Assembly (NCBI RefSeq): GCF_900100765.1
Contig: NZ_FNFO01000003.1
Coordinates: 469,348-533,347, forward strand
Direction: 5' to 3'
DNA: 64,000 bases
Origin: Catalinimonas alkaloidigena
GTDB lineage: Bacteria > Bacteroidota > Bacteroidia > Cytophagales > Flexibacteraceae
The position numbers and the translations under genes were made by a program. Below are positions 46,424-55,549 of this stretch, one piece after another (position 1 is the first letter of the stretch; each line of letters opens with the position of its first letter). Below the pieces are notes generated by a model. The model was given only the letters and a program-made list of their open reading frames with translations, was not told the origin of the DNA and did not search any database.

Positions 46424-47398
46424 CTACAATCGTAGAGAAAAGCCTACAACCACCGACTCCCGAAACTGAATGGCCGGTCCGGGCGGCCGGTCGTCGCCTC
46501 GCGGAACGTTCAGGTCATCGTCGTAAATCAAAAGGGTCGTCACTTTGGACGAAACATAGCGGTTGACACGCAACTCCAGCTGCGACTCCCAGTTGATGTC
46601 CACGTTGCCGAACGTATCGAACGCCGAGAAAAACGTAGCCCGGGTGTTGAACGAGATGTTTTCCAGGATTTTACGTTGAAAGGAGCCATCGACCTGGACC
46701 CCAATTTCTCGCCTTACTTTCTCGCCCGGCACGACCTGATAGCGCGCCGCCAGCGAATCGTCCCGCACGATGGTGAGTTTTCCCGAAATGGGCGACAAGC
46801 GCATCGAATAAAAGTTATTCTGTTGCGCTTCAAAACCCAGAGATAACAACAAAAAGCCGGGAGAAAGAAAGTCAGAGACCAACACTTCGGTATCCCGGTT
46901 GGGGTAACGGTATCCCGGGCTGAACTGCGTCCGGAAATCGAGCCCTGCCGAAATGTGCCAGGGACCTTTTAACTCATATCCGTATTTGGAAACAAACTGA
47001 AGGTTATCGTCAGTTTTGCGGATGCCTGTCGCCTGTTCTTGCCGGGTAATGCCGTATACTAGATCCAGGCGGTTTTCCCAAAGCGCCACCCCATTATCCA
47101 TCACGCCAAACAGGCGCATCTGGCCTCGGAGCGAGATAGCGTCTTGCCCACCACCGGCCCAGTTCGACAAGCTGATCTGCTGAAAGTCTACGTCAAACGC
47201 GGAACCGTATTGCCAGAGGTGAAACGTATCCGGGGGGGTAACCAGGTAAGGCGCCAACCCTGCCAGATCGTACTCCTGCGCATCGACGGGGGGCAGAAAA
47301 TAGGGCAGCAGCGTATCGGGTTGCGTGGGTTGCGCACGCAGGGCGCCAGCAAGCAGGAGGAAACTCAGGAGAAAAAAAAGAGGGTGCTTGCTAGCCAT
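46424..47398 (-). CDS. DUF3078-family outer-membrane beta-barrel protein
   Basis: 324 aa with a signal peptide (LLLAGALRAQ), alternating beta-strand pattern and an aromatic C-terminus. Confidence 0.5.
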   Translation of the reverse strand: MASKHPLFFLLSFLLLAGALRAQPTQPDTLLPYFLPPVDAQEYDLAGLAPYLVTPPDTFHLWQYGSAFDVDFQQISLSNWAGGGQDAISLRGQMRLFGVMDNGVALWENRLDLVYGITRQEQATGIRKTDDNLQFVSKYGYELKGPWHISAGLDFRTQFSPGYRYPNRDTEVLVSDFLSPGFLLLSLGFEAQQNNFYSMRLSPISGKLTIVRDDSLAARYQVVPGEKVRREIGVQVDGSFQRKILENISFNTRATFFSAFDTFGNVDINWESQLELRVNRYVSSKVTTLLIYDDDLNVPRGDDRPPGPAIQFRESVVVGFSLRL

Positions 47399-47586
47399 GT
47401 AGAACGCCAGGTACTTGTAGGGAACAAAGGATACGTTGTAAAGTAAACGATCTTTCGAGATTAAAACAGACGATTACCCACACAATTTTGTTGATGGAAT
47501 TATGTTTTTTTAAGGTAACTATATGACAGTCTGGTTACTTTTGATAATAACACGGTATATAAACATGTTACACTTGTGTTAGGCTA

Positions 47587-48081
47587 ATGCAACCTTCGTT
47601 TTTTCTGTCGCTGCTCACAGCACTCTTTCCGGCAATCGGAATGCTGACAGGCGCCGGTTTCTTACTCTACGCGCTAACGCGAAACCATCTCACGGCGCTA
47701 CGCATCACTCATTTTATTTTCGTGGGCAATGCGGTCCTATCAACACTCATCTACGGGCTTTTCTGCACCGTAACGAATCAACAATTCGCTGAGGCAGAGT
47801 CGCTTCCGCAAGTTTTTCATCTCATTTTGCTCGGATTGACACTCGTGTTAGGTACGTTGGCACTCATCAGCCTTTTGTTTTTCCTGTATTCGGAAATGTA
47901 TCCGCAGTTTTTTCTGCGTTTTTCTCTGATCGCCACTGTCGTAGGCACCTTGCTTATCTGTGCGCAGGCCGTTACTGTACTGTCCAACGCACAGGCGTCA
48001 ACGCAGCGCGACCATCAGTTTATCGAGACCGACTCGTACGTAGGCAAAGCCGCCGACATCCCCCAGCCCGCGAACCATTAG
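47587..48081 (+). CDS. Hypothetical integral membrane protein (4-5 TM)
   Basis: 164 aa, hydrophobic throughout. Confidence 0.4.
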   Translation: MQPSFFLSLLTALFPAIGMLTGAGFLLYALTRNHLTALRITHFIFVGNAVLSTLIYGLFCTVTNQQFAEAESLPQVFHLILLGLTLVLGTLALISLLFFLYSEMYPQFFLRFSLIATVVGTLLICAQAVTVLSNAQASTQRDHQFIETDSYVGKAADIPQPANH

Positions 48082-48410
48082 CCCTTTCGTAACTTCTCAT
48101 TCTGCTGGTGCCGTTGTGCATCACGCAGCGTCTTTTTCTCCAGATTTTTCTGCAACGCGGCCGTCAGGTCCACCCCCGTCTGGTTAGCCAAGCAGATCAC
48201 CACGAACAATACGTCGGCCAGTTCGTCGGCCAGTTCTTTTCCGCGGTCCGATTCCTTGAACGACTGCTCTCCGTATTGGCGGGAGATGATCCGTGCCACC
48301 TCGCCCACTTCCTCGGTCAGAATCGCCATGTTGGTCAGCTCGTTGAAATAGCGTACCCCTGTGGACTGAATCCACGCATCGACGGTCTGCTGTGCTTCTT
48401 CTATAGTCAT
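48078..48410 (-). CDS. MazG-like nucleotide pyrophosphohydrolase (small NTP-PPase)
   Basis: Real start is the ATG at 48410 (MTIEEAQQ...). MazG-type EExGE-like (LTEEVGEVARI) and ELADVL motifs. About 110 aa. Confidence 0.7.
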   Translation of the reverse strand: MTIEEAQQTVDAWIQSTGVRYFNELTNMAILTEEVGEVARIISRQYGEQSFKESDRGKELADELADVLFVVICLANQTGVDLTAALQKNLEKKTLRDAQRHQQNEKLRKG

Positions 48411-48469
48411 TGTGCAAATTGGCAGCAAGCGCGTATTTCTGCAACTCAACTTGCACCAACCCACTGTCT

Positions 48470-49399
48470 TCAACCGGTCTTTGCATCCAGGTCGCGTACA
48501 CTGACCGGAATGGGCTGCCCCTCCTGGTAGATCTTCAACTCAACAATGTCGGCCGGCAGGTTGAACTTGTTGCGAATCAACGCATTTAAAATCTCCCGCA
48601 TCACTTCGCTTTTCAGCACGGTGCCGGAGTTCAGAATATCGTAGGTATTGATCCAAAAATGCACCCGCAGGTTGATGGTGCTGGTGCTGAATTCATCGAT
48701 CGTCACAAACGGCATCAGGCCGTCGGATTTCACGATCGTGTCGATGCCGCGAAGCGTTTCCATGATGATGCGGGTGGCTTCCATCACGTCGCTGCCGTAA
48801 TCCAGTCCGATCACAAAATCGTGGCGCATCAGACCGTCGCGCGTGTAATTGACCAGCGGATTTTTAATCAATAGGGAATTGGGGATGAAAATATCGCGCC
48901 CGTCGAACGTACGAATGTGGGTATTGCGCAGGTTTAGCGAGTTCACTTTCCCCATAAATCCTTCGATTTCGATGATATCGCCTACGCCAAACGGCCGCCC
49001 AAACGCCAGAAAAAAGCCGGACAGAAAGTTTTCGCCGATGTCCTGAAACGCAAACCCCAGCACGACGGCCGTGACGCCCGCCCCGGCCAGCAAACCGCCA
49101 GCGGCTCCACTCAAACCCAGTTGGTTCAGGAAAATGATGCCGCCGAAAATGAGCATCAGAATCAGCGCCAGCCGCCCGATAAAATTGGCCAACAGCGGAT
49201 CGTCTGCTTTGGCGGCCACCCGCTTCCGGAAGACGAATCGCAACAACAGGCCGAGGCCCAGAAACAGTAACAGGAAAAAGGTGCCCACCATAAACGAGGG
49301 CAATCCTTGGATGATGTGATCGAAGAACTCTTGAAAGACTTCGTAGATACGTTCGCGCACGAGAAAGATGTTTCTCTTTCTAAACGTCGCAATCCCCAT
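48470..49399 (-). CDS. Mechanosensitive ion channel, MscS family
   Basis: 309 aa with three TM helices, a pore helix (GAAGGLLAGAGVTAVVLGFAFQDIGENFLSG) and an MscS beta domain. Confidence 0.85.
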   Translation of the reverse strand: MGIATFRKRNIFLVRERIYEVFQEFFDHIIQGLPSFMVGTFFLLLFLGLGLLLRFVFRKRVAAKADDPLLANFIGRLALILMLIFGGIIFLNQLGLSGAAGGLLAGAGVTAVVLGFAFQDIGENFLSGFFLAFGRPFGVGDIIEIEGFMGKVNSLNLRNTHIRTFDGRDIFIPNSLLIKNPLVNYTRDGLMRHDFVIGLDYGSDVMEATRIIMETLRGIDTIVKSDGLMPFVTIDEFSTSTINLRVHFWINTYDILNSGTVLKSEVMREILNALIRNKFNLPADIVELKIYQEGQPIPVSVRDLDAKTG

Positions 49400-50734
49400 T
49401 CAGGATTCGCTCAGGAAATCGCGGTACCATTGCCCCGAGGCTTTTATGATGCGCCGCTGCGTCTGAAAGTCGACATGGACCAGCCCGAAGCGCGGCCGAT
49501 AGCCCTCTGCCCACTCGAAATTGTCGGTAAACGTCCAGATAAAATATCCATCGACGGGTGCCCCGTCCCGCTGCGCGCGTTGTACCTGCTCCAGACAGGC
49601 CCGGATGTACGCAAGGCGCTGGGGGTCGTGCACCGTACCGTCGATGACCTGATCCGCGAACGCCGCACCGTTTTCTGTGACGATCAGCCGCGGAATGTTG
49701 TCGTAGGCGGCATACTGCATCAGCATGTGGTAAAGCGACTCGGGATACACTTCCCAGTTCATCAGCGTCAGGGGCACGTCCCGCTTGGGAGCGGGTACCA
49801 GCCGCGCCTGTAGATAGGGCGTAAACCACGAATGCCGGATCACCTCACGCGTATAGTTCTGGACACCGATAAAGTCAAAAGGAAACGCCAGTTTGCCTTC
49901 GTCTTCCGGCCGCATCCAGCGCTCCAGCCGCTTCAGCACCGGCAACTCCTGTACAGGGTAGCCGCGCCCCAGGGCGGGTTCCAGAAAGAGCCGATTTAGA
50001 AGCGCATCCACACGCTGGGCCGCCGCCCCATCGCGCGCGTTCGCTCGCCAGGGCGTCACGTACGAACACGAAAACGTGGTGCCCAGCTGGGCATCCGGAC
50101 AATGCGCACGCACAACCCGCCCCCCTTCCGCCTGGCAGAGCGTGGCATGATGGACCGCCGGTAAGAAGTTGTTCAGGCCCCGGCGCCCCGGCGCATGAAT
50201 GCCCAGAAAATAGCCCGCGCCCGTAAAGACCATCGGTTCGTTCAGCACCATCCAGTGACGCACGCGGTCGCCGTAGCGTTGTACGCAAAGGGTGGCGTAC
50301 TCGACGAACCAGTCGACGATGGCTCGGTTTGTCCAACCGCCGCGGTCTTCCAGCGCCTGCGGCAGGTCCCAGTGGTAGAGCGTTACCCAGGGCGTAATGC
50401 CTTGTTCCAGACACTGGTCGATCAGTCGGTCGTAAAAGTCAAGGCCTTGTGGGTTAACAGCGCCGGTGCCCTGGGGCAGAATGCGCGACCACGCCAGCGA
50501 AAAGCGGAAGTTAGGGATGCGGAGCGACCGCAGTAGTTGCACATCGTCAGCGTAGCGGTCGTAAAACTCGCAGGCGGCGTTGGCGTTTTCGTTGCGCTGG
50601 ATGCGCCCACGCGTGTTGGCAAACCGATCCCAGATGGATGCCCCCTTGCCGTGACGGTCGCAGGCACCTTCGGTCTGGTATGCCGCCGACGAAACTCCCC
50701 ACGCGAACGCTGCGCCAAACTCGTGTCGGGTCAT
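49400..50734 (-). CDS. GH1 beta-glucosidase
   Basis: 444 aa with GH1 signatures (FAWGVSSAAYQTEG, NEP acid/base, VTENGAAF nucleophile). Confidence 0.9.
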   Translation of the reverse strand: MTRHEFGAAFAWGVSSAAYQTEGACDRHGKGASIWDRFANTRGRIQRNENANAACEFYDRYADDVQLLRSLRIPNFRFSLAWSRILPQGTGAVNPQGLDFYDRLIDQCLEQGITPWVTLYHWDLPQALEDRGGWTNRAIVDWFVEYATLCVQRYGDRVRHWMVLNEPMVFTGAGYFLGIHAPGRRGLNNFLPAVHHATLCQAEGGRVVRAHCPDAQLGTTFSCSYVTPWRANARDGAAAQRVDALLNRLFLEPALGRGYPVQELPVLKRLERWMRPEDEGKLAFPFDFIGVQNYTREVIRHSWFTPYLQARLVPAPKRDVPLTLMNWEVYPESLYHMLMQYAAYDNIPRLIVTENGAAFADQVIDGTVHDPQRLAYIRACLEQVQRAQRDGAPVDGYFIWTFTDNFEWAEGYRPRFGLVHVDFQTQRRIIKASGQWYRDFLSES

Positions 50735-50771
50735 GCGTGCTGTGGGTTCAGGTCGACCTGGGGTCCAATGG

Positions 50772-51794
50772 TTAAAAAGAAGCCGCCAACAGCGACGAAG
50801 CCTGCGGCGCGGTGTGCGTATCGAGGATGCGCTCTAAAATGCATTGGGTCAGGTCAGGAAAATGGACAGGAATGGGCTGCCCGTGCTGCAGCCACGTTTC
50901 AAGGATCGGGAAGTGTTTCTTCTTCAGGCTCTTGATCACCGGCACACCCATGGCACTCAGCGCGGCGGCGTTGCACTGCTGCTCATACTGCGTTTTCATG
51001 GGGATGACCAACAACTTTTTGCCCAGAAACAGCGCTTCGGCGGGGGTTTCGAACCCGGCGCCGCACAGCACCCCACTGCTGGTAGCCATGCTGTGCAAAA
51101 AGGCTTCGTTGTCGACCGGGCGGATCGTAACGTTCTGCCGGGTAAACGGATGGCGATTGTGTTTCGAGAAGACCTCCCACCGGACGTCGGGGAATCGGCT
51201 CAGCTTCTTGACCAGTTTCTCGTCGTCGTACGAAGGCAGGTAAACCGTATAATGGCCCAGGTCGGTAGGCGTCAGCCGACGCACCTGCGCGCGAATCACC
51301 GGTGTATAAATGTTCTCGGCAAAAGAAGCAAAATGAAACCCGTAGTGTGCCGTTGCGGGTGCATACTGTTTTAAAATAAACTCCCCGAAGCGATCGCGCT
51401 CAATGGGCTTGGGCGCGGTCGGGGCCAGCACGGCATACTGATGGCTCAGCGCGACGCAAGGCGTACGCTGCCAGCGACAGGCCCAGGCCGAAACAGGTTC
51501 GAAGTCGTTGATGACCAGATCGTAATTGTGCACAGGCAGGTCCCGCACTTCGCGGTAAAAGCGCCCGGTATTCGCCTGGCGGTAGGTCTGCCACAGGTCC
51601 ACGCCGCCACTCTTACCAAACACGAAGCCCATGCCCCCGCACTGGTAGCGGATCGGATAAGGTAACTTCACATCGGCCTGCGTGCCGCTGACCAGAATGT
51701 CAACGTCGGCGCGTTGCTGCAAAACGGGAATTATATCACGCGCGCGGCTCAGGTGGCCGTTGCCCGTGCCTTGGATGGCATACAGTACTTTCAT
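50772..51794 (-). CDS. GT-B fold glycosyltransferase (GT1/GT28-like, MJ1255-type)
   Basis: 340 aa with a glycine-rich N-terminus (MKVLYAIQGTGNGHLSRARDI) and a C-terminal nucleotide-sugar-binding half. It overlaps the upstream gene by 4 bp. Confidence 0.6.
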   Translation of the reverse strand: MKVLYAIQGTGNGHLSRARDIIPVLQQRADVDILVSGTQADVKLPYPIRYQCGGMGFVFGKSGGVDLWQTYRQANTGRFYREVRDLPVHNYDLVINDFEPVSAWACRWQRTPCVALSHQYAVLAPTAPKPIERDRFGEFILKQYAPATAHYGFHFASFAENIYTPVIRAQVRRLTPTDLGHYTVYLPSYDDEKLVKKLSRFPDVRWEVFSKHNRHPFTRQNVTIRPVDNEAFLHSMATSSGVLCGAGFETPAEALFLGKKLLVIPMKTQYEQQCNAAALSAMGVPVIKSLKKKHFPILETWLQHGQPIPVHFPDLTQCILERILDTHTAPQASSLLAASF

Positions 51795-52630
51795 CCTCTC
51801 ACCTCCTGCATTAACTGACGGAACAGCTCCTGATTGTCGAAGGTCGACAGATCCGGCTCCTCGTGCTCGTCGTCGGCTTCTTCGGCATCTTCGTGGCGGT
51901 AAATGCTCCAGTCTCCTTTGTGGTACTCCAGCGCCGTCATGTTCTCGACCCAGTCGCCGGAATTCAGATAACAGACCTTGCCGTGTTCGTTCGCCATTTC
52001 TTTGATCAGGGGCTGATGAATGTGGCCACAGATCACGTAAGCGTATCCTTTTGAAATGGCCAGATCGGCAGCCGTTTGCTCAAATTCCGATTTCTTCTTC
52101 AGCGCCGACGACACCCGGTCTTTAATGGCCTTGGAAAGGGAAATTTTGCCCCGGCCCATCAACTCCGAGCAAAAGTTGACGCACCGGTTCAGCACGATCA
52201 GCATGCCGTAGCCCACCGCGCCCAGTTGCGCCAGCCACTTGGAGTGTTGCATCGTGACGTCGAACACGTCGCCGTGAAAAAACCAGGCTTTCTGCCCTTT
52301 CAACTCCAGCACCACTTTGTTGACGATCTCGCATGTCCCGAACTTCAGGCCGACAAATTTGCGCATCATCTCGTCGTGGTTCCCTGTCACGTAATACACC
52401 CGCGTACCGTCGGCCATCAGGCCAAACAAGCGCTTGACGACCTGCATGTGGGCTTTCGGCCAGTAATTTTTACTGAAGCGCCAGATGTCGATCAGGTCGC
52501 CGTTGATGACGAGAATTTTGGGTCGGATGCTTTTCAGGTAACGATGCAATTGCCGGGCTTTGCTGCCGTAGGTGCCCAGGTGGACATCAGAGATGACCAC
52601 TACCTCTACTTTTCGCTTTTTGTCCTTCAT
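51791..52630 (-). CDS. Calcineurin-like metallophosphoesterase, LpxH-like (UDP-2,3-diacylglucosamine diphosphatase-like)
   Basis: 279 aa with the motifs ISDVHLG, INGDLIDIW, GNHDE and GHIHQP. Confidence 0.6.
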   Translation of the reverse strand: MKDKKRKVEVVVISDVHLGTYGSKARQLHRYLKSIRPKILVINGDLIDIWRFSKNYWPKAHMQVVKRLFGLMADGTRVYYVTGNHDEMMRKFVGLKFGTCEIVNKVVLELKGQKAWFFHGDVFDVTMQHSKWLAQLGAVGYGMLIVLNRCVNFCSELMGRGKISLSKAIKDRVSSALKKKSEFEQTAADLAISKGYAYVICGHIHQPLIKEMANEHGKVCYLNSGDWVENMTALEYHKGDWSIYRHEDAEEADDEHEEPDLSTFDNQELFRQLMQEVRG

Positions 52631-52854
52631 GCAGGGCGCGTTCAGTGCGACAAAGGCGAATAGAGGTTAAAGAGCAGGCGAAAGAAAAAATCGCGGAAAC
52701 GAGGACGTAGGATACGCATGACGAGTTGCGTTTGGTCTTGGTACGAAAATAGAGCTTGTACGTCACCCCAGCATTGCCTGTCTATTACGCTTCTTTTATT
52801 CTTTAAACCAAGATGTTACGTCAATATGAAGCCCATGCTCATCGACTAAAAAAA

Positions 52855-53052
52855 TCATTGTGTCCCGCGTAGCAACCGAATGCCGCTCGAAAAGAAGATG
52901 AGTCCAATGAAAAAAGGAATGAGGCCGCCCCAGCCGGTGATGCCCGTGCCGAACAGGTTGCCCCCGCCGCGCAGCATGACCAGCCCCGCGAAAATCATGG
53001 CGGCACCGCCCACTGTCATAAGAATTACGCCGATTATTTGCTTTGCATCCAT
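52855..53052 (-). CDS. Small (about 65 aa) glycine-rich membrane protein
   Basis: Real start is probably the ATG at 53052 (MDAKQIIGVILMTVGGAAMIFAGLVML...). Two TM helices. Confidence 0.35.
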   Translation of the reverse strand: MDAKQIIGVILMTVGGAAMIFAGLVMLRGGGNLFGTGITGWGGLIPFFIGLIFFSSGIRLLRGTQ

Positions 53053-53122
53053 AGGTAAATTTTCCAATCTCTTCCTCTTACGCAAACCAACCGGAAGGGG
53101 TACGGCGCGGTGACTCACCGGT

Positions 53123-55408
53123 CTACTCGGTGGCGGTGGTCGCTGCCGGAATTTCGTAAAGGAGGCCTCGTTTCTGCCAGCGACGCAGGTCCCGCTTCGC
53201 TGCACTTAGGGTTGCGCCCGCTTCCACCAGAAGGCGGCTCCCGTCCTCTACCTGCAACGCCCCGGGGCCGATCTCTAGCGTCGCGCCCGATTGCAGCACC
53301 AAGGTGCTCCCGCCGCGCAGCGTTAGCGTCGCTGCGTCGGGCACCGTCCAGTGTGCGCCCGCTTCCAGCACGACCTGCGTTCCGTCGGTAAGGACAATGG
53401 TCGAGCCGGTTTCCTGGGTTAAGAAAGCGCCCGACATTAACGTAAAGCGCGTGGTGTCGCTGAACCAGGCCACCGAATCGTCTAATACCGTACGGGCTAC
53501 CATGTAGGTAGGGCTCTGCCCCCGGGCCAGGGTGATCGTCCGCCCGGACGCCAGCTCCAGTGAAGGTTGAGTAGCCTCGAAATCGTGGGGATACAATACG
53601 ATGTCGCCGGCCCAACGCTGATCCTGTTCCACGCGGTACTGATCCCAGCGGATGCTGATTTTCATGGCTCCCTTGCCGTCCACGTTTTCTTCCAAAATGC
53701 GCACCTCCAGACCGTTCAGGTGGATCTGTCGGTTTTCGTACGAAGCCAACGGCCCCCGGTTCAGTGCCAGTTTGGAACCCGAGCGGTGCGTGTAAACCGG
53801 TACCGGTGCCGGGTTGGTGCCTAACGCGAGTCGGCTGTTTCCGGCGAGGCGAAACGCATCGTGCGCATCGCCCATGGAATAGAGCGCGTGGACCACCGAA
53901 TCGCCATAGACTTTGGAAGAACCCGTAAACATCTTATCGCCTTTGTCTAACAGACGATCGTGATTCGAATCGGTGGCAGAGTAGAGGTCGGAGTGACCGG
54001 TAAAGGGATTCGGAAGCTTTTGTGCGGCGTCGGTCGGCAACGTCCAGTTCCCGGCCCAAACGCAAGCCTCCCAGCTGCGCAGGGCCTTGTCGTACCGATA
54101 GGTATAATCCCAATTGCCCTCGGCCGTTACGGGAAACATGTAGCTCCCCAGCGCGTTAGGTTTGGCGGCGTCGCGGCTACTGCCGATCGGAAACACGTCG
54201 GCCGATGCGCCTTCTTTGAGGTCTTTGCCCACCTGAATCTGCGCATACAGTCCGGGGCTCCAGGTTTGGCGGCAGTCCAGGTTGTGCCAGATGTTGACGT
54301 CGTGCGGCGAGATGAGCTGATGATTTTCCAGCCAGAGGTACTGGTTTTTCACGTCGCCGACCTGTTGCCAGTCGAGGTGCGGCAACTGAATGTGGACCGC
54401 ATCGCCGGTCGTCACAAAATCGCGCAACAGAAACGTATCGGTACGTAGTTCTTTGGGCAGTTTCAGGTCGGTCGGCACTTCGCGCGTGCCGGTTGCCTCC
54501 AAAGCGCCAATCAGGTACTGGCGCGTCAATTGCCCCTGGGCATCGCGACCGCGCCAGCCCAGCCGATGGCGTTCCCAGCCGTTGATCAGCAGCGACGACG
54601 CCCCCGACTGCGCGCTGGTCCCGTACACGTGCGCCGGAATCATAAACGTGTGCAGACCGGCCCCGCCGACCGTATGGAAGTTATTACCCCCGAACAGCGC
54701 GTGCAACTGCTCGGCAATGAACAAATCCCACGCCGCCTGCCCGCTACGACACGCCCCGAACGAACTGGCCACGCGCAGCTTTTTGCCGTGCAACTGCTGC
54801 CCCGCCAGCAAGACCTGCATACCCAACCCACCCCCACAGTCGATCACGCCTTTGTTCAGGTTCCTCCAGAAAATCACCACGCCGTCGAGGATGCCATCCG
54901 GCCCGCGCGACTTCGGCACTCCGGGCGGCTCGCTGCCCCACAGGTCGAAATCCTCCAGCGTCAGCGCCGCATCAGAAGACGAACGCTGGCTGTGCAATCG
55001 AATCTCCGGCCAGGTATTGAGTTCGCGGATTACGTCCACCTCGCTGGTGCGGTGGCAAGGAACCGTTACGACACGGTCGATATAGTCACCCAGCAGCACA
55101 TACTCGCCGCGCGACATGGTGTGGTAATAGTTGGTGATGTACTGATGGGGAGCTTCTCCCGGCCGGAGCGTAGCGTCGAAATAGCGCGCAGCATCGGGCG
55201 GCAGTTGTCCGGGCCGCCAGGCGTCGTTATCGGGCAAACAGGCGCTACTTTGGCCACAGGCACCGCAATCCACTTCGGCAAAAATGACAAGCAGCCGCGT
55301 GGTGTCGCGGGCGGGCAGCAGGTAACCGTGCTCGCTATTGACAAGAGACTGCGCAATGCCAGCGTAGCTCCAAAGGACGCCCAAAAGGAAAAACAACTTT
55401 TTTTTCAT
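53123..55408 (-). CDS. Large secreted hypothetical protein with a repetitive beta-rich C-terminus
   Basis: Real start is probably the ATG at 55408 (MKKKLFFLLGVLWSYAGIAQS signal). About 760 aa. The C-terminal repeats are TLTLRGGSTLVLQSGATLEIG. Confidence 0.45.
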   Translation of the reverse strand: MKKKLFFLLGVLWSYAGIAQSLVNSEHGYLLPARDTTRLLVIFAEVDCGACGQSSACLPDNDAWRPGQLPPDAARYFDATLRPGEAPHQYITNYYHTMSRGEYVLLGDYIDRVVTVPCHRTSEVDVIRELNTWPEIRLHSQRSSSDAALTLEDFDLWGSEPPGVPKSRGPDGILDGVVIFWRNLNKGVIDCGGGLGMQVLLAGQQLHGKKLRVASSFGACRSGQAAWDLFIAEQLHALFGGNNFHTVGGAGLHTFMIPAHVYGTSAQSGASSLLINGWERHRLGWRGRDAQGQLTRQYLIGALEATGTREVPTDLKLPKELRTDTFLLRDFVTTGDAVHIQLPHLDWQQVGDVKNQYLWLENHQLISPHDVNIWHNLDCRQTWSPGLYAQIQVGKDLKEGASADVFPIGSSRDAAKPNALGSYMFPVTAEGNWDYTYRYDKALRSWEACVWAGNWTLPTDAAQKLPNPFTGHSDLYSATDSNHDRLLDKGDKMFTGSSKVYGDSVVHALYSMGDAHDAFRLAGNSRLALGTNPAPVPVYTHRSGSKLALNRGPLASYENRQIHLNGLEVRILEENVDGKGAMKISIRWDQYRVEQDQRWAGDIVLYPHDFEATQPSLELASGRTITLARGQSPTYMVARTVLDDSVAWFSDTTRFTLMSGAFLTQETGSTIVLTDGTQVVLEAGAHWTVPDAATLTLRGGSTLVLQSGATLEIGPGALQVEDGSRLLVEAGATLSAAKRDLRRWQKRGLLYEIPAATTATE

Positions 55409-55549
55409 ATGCTGCGATTCTCGCCGACCGCCTCTGGCGTATAGCCGAAGAACCACTCCCGTGGAGAGGCTGCCGTAGTAAAGGTGACTGATCTTCATCA
55501 ACAAACGCGCCAGCAATGGGTTCCGCGATAGCGGCTTCCTTCGACCAGC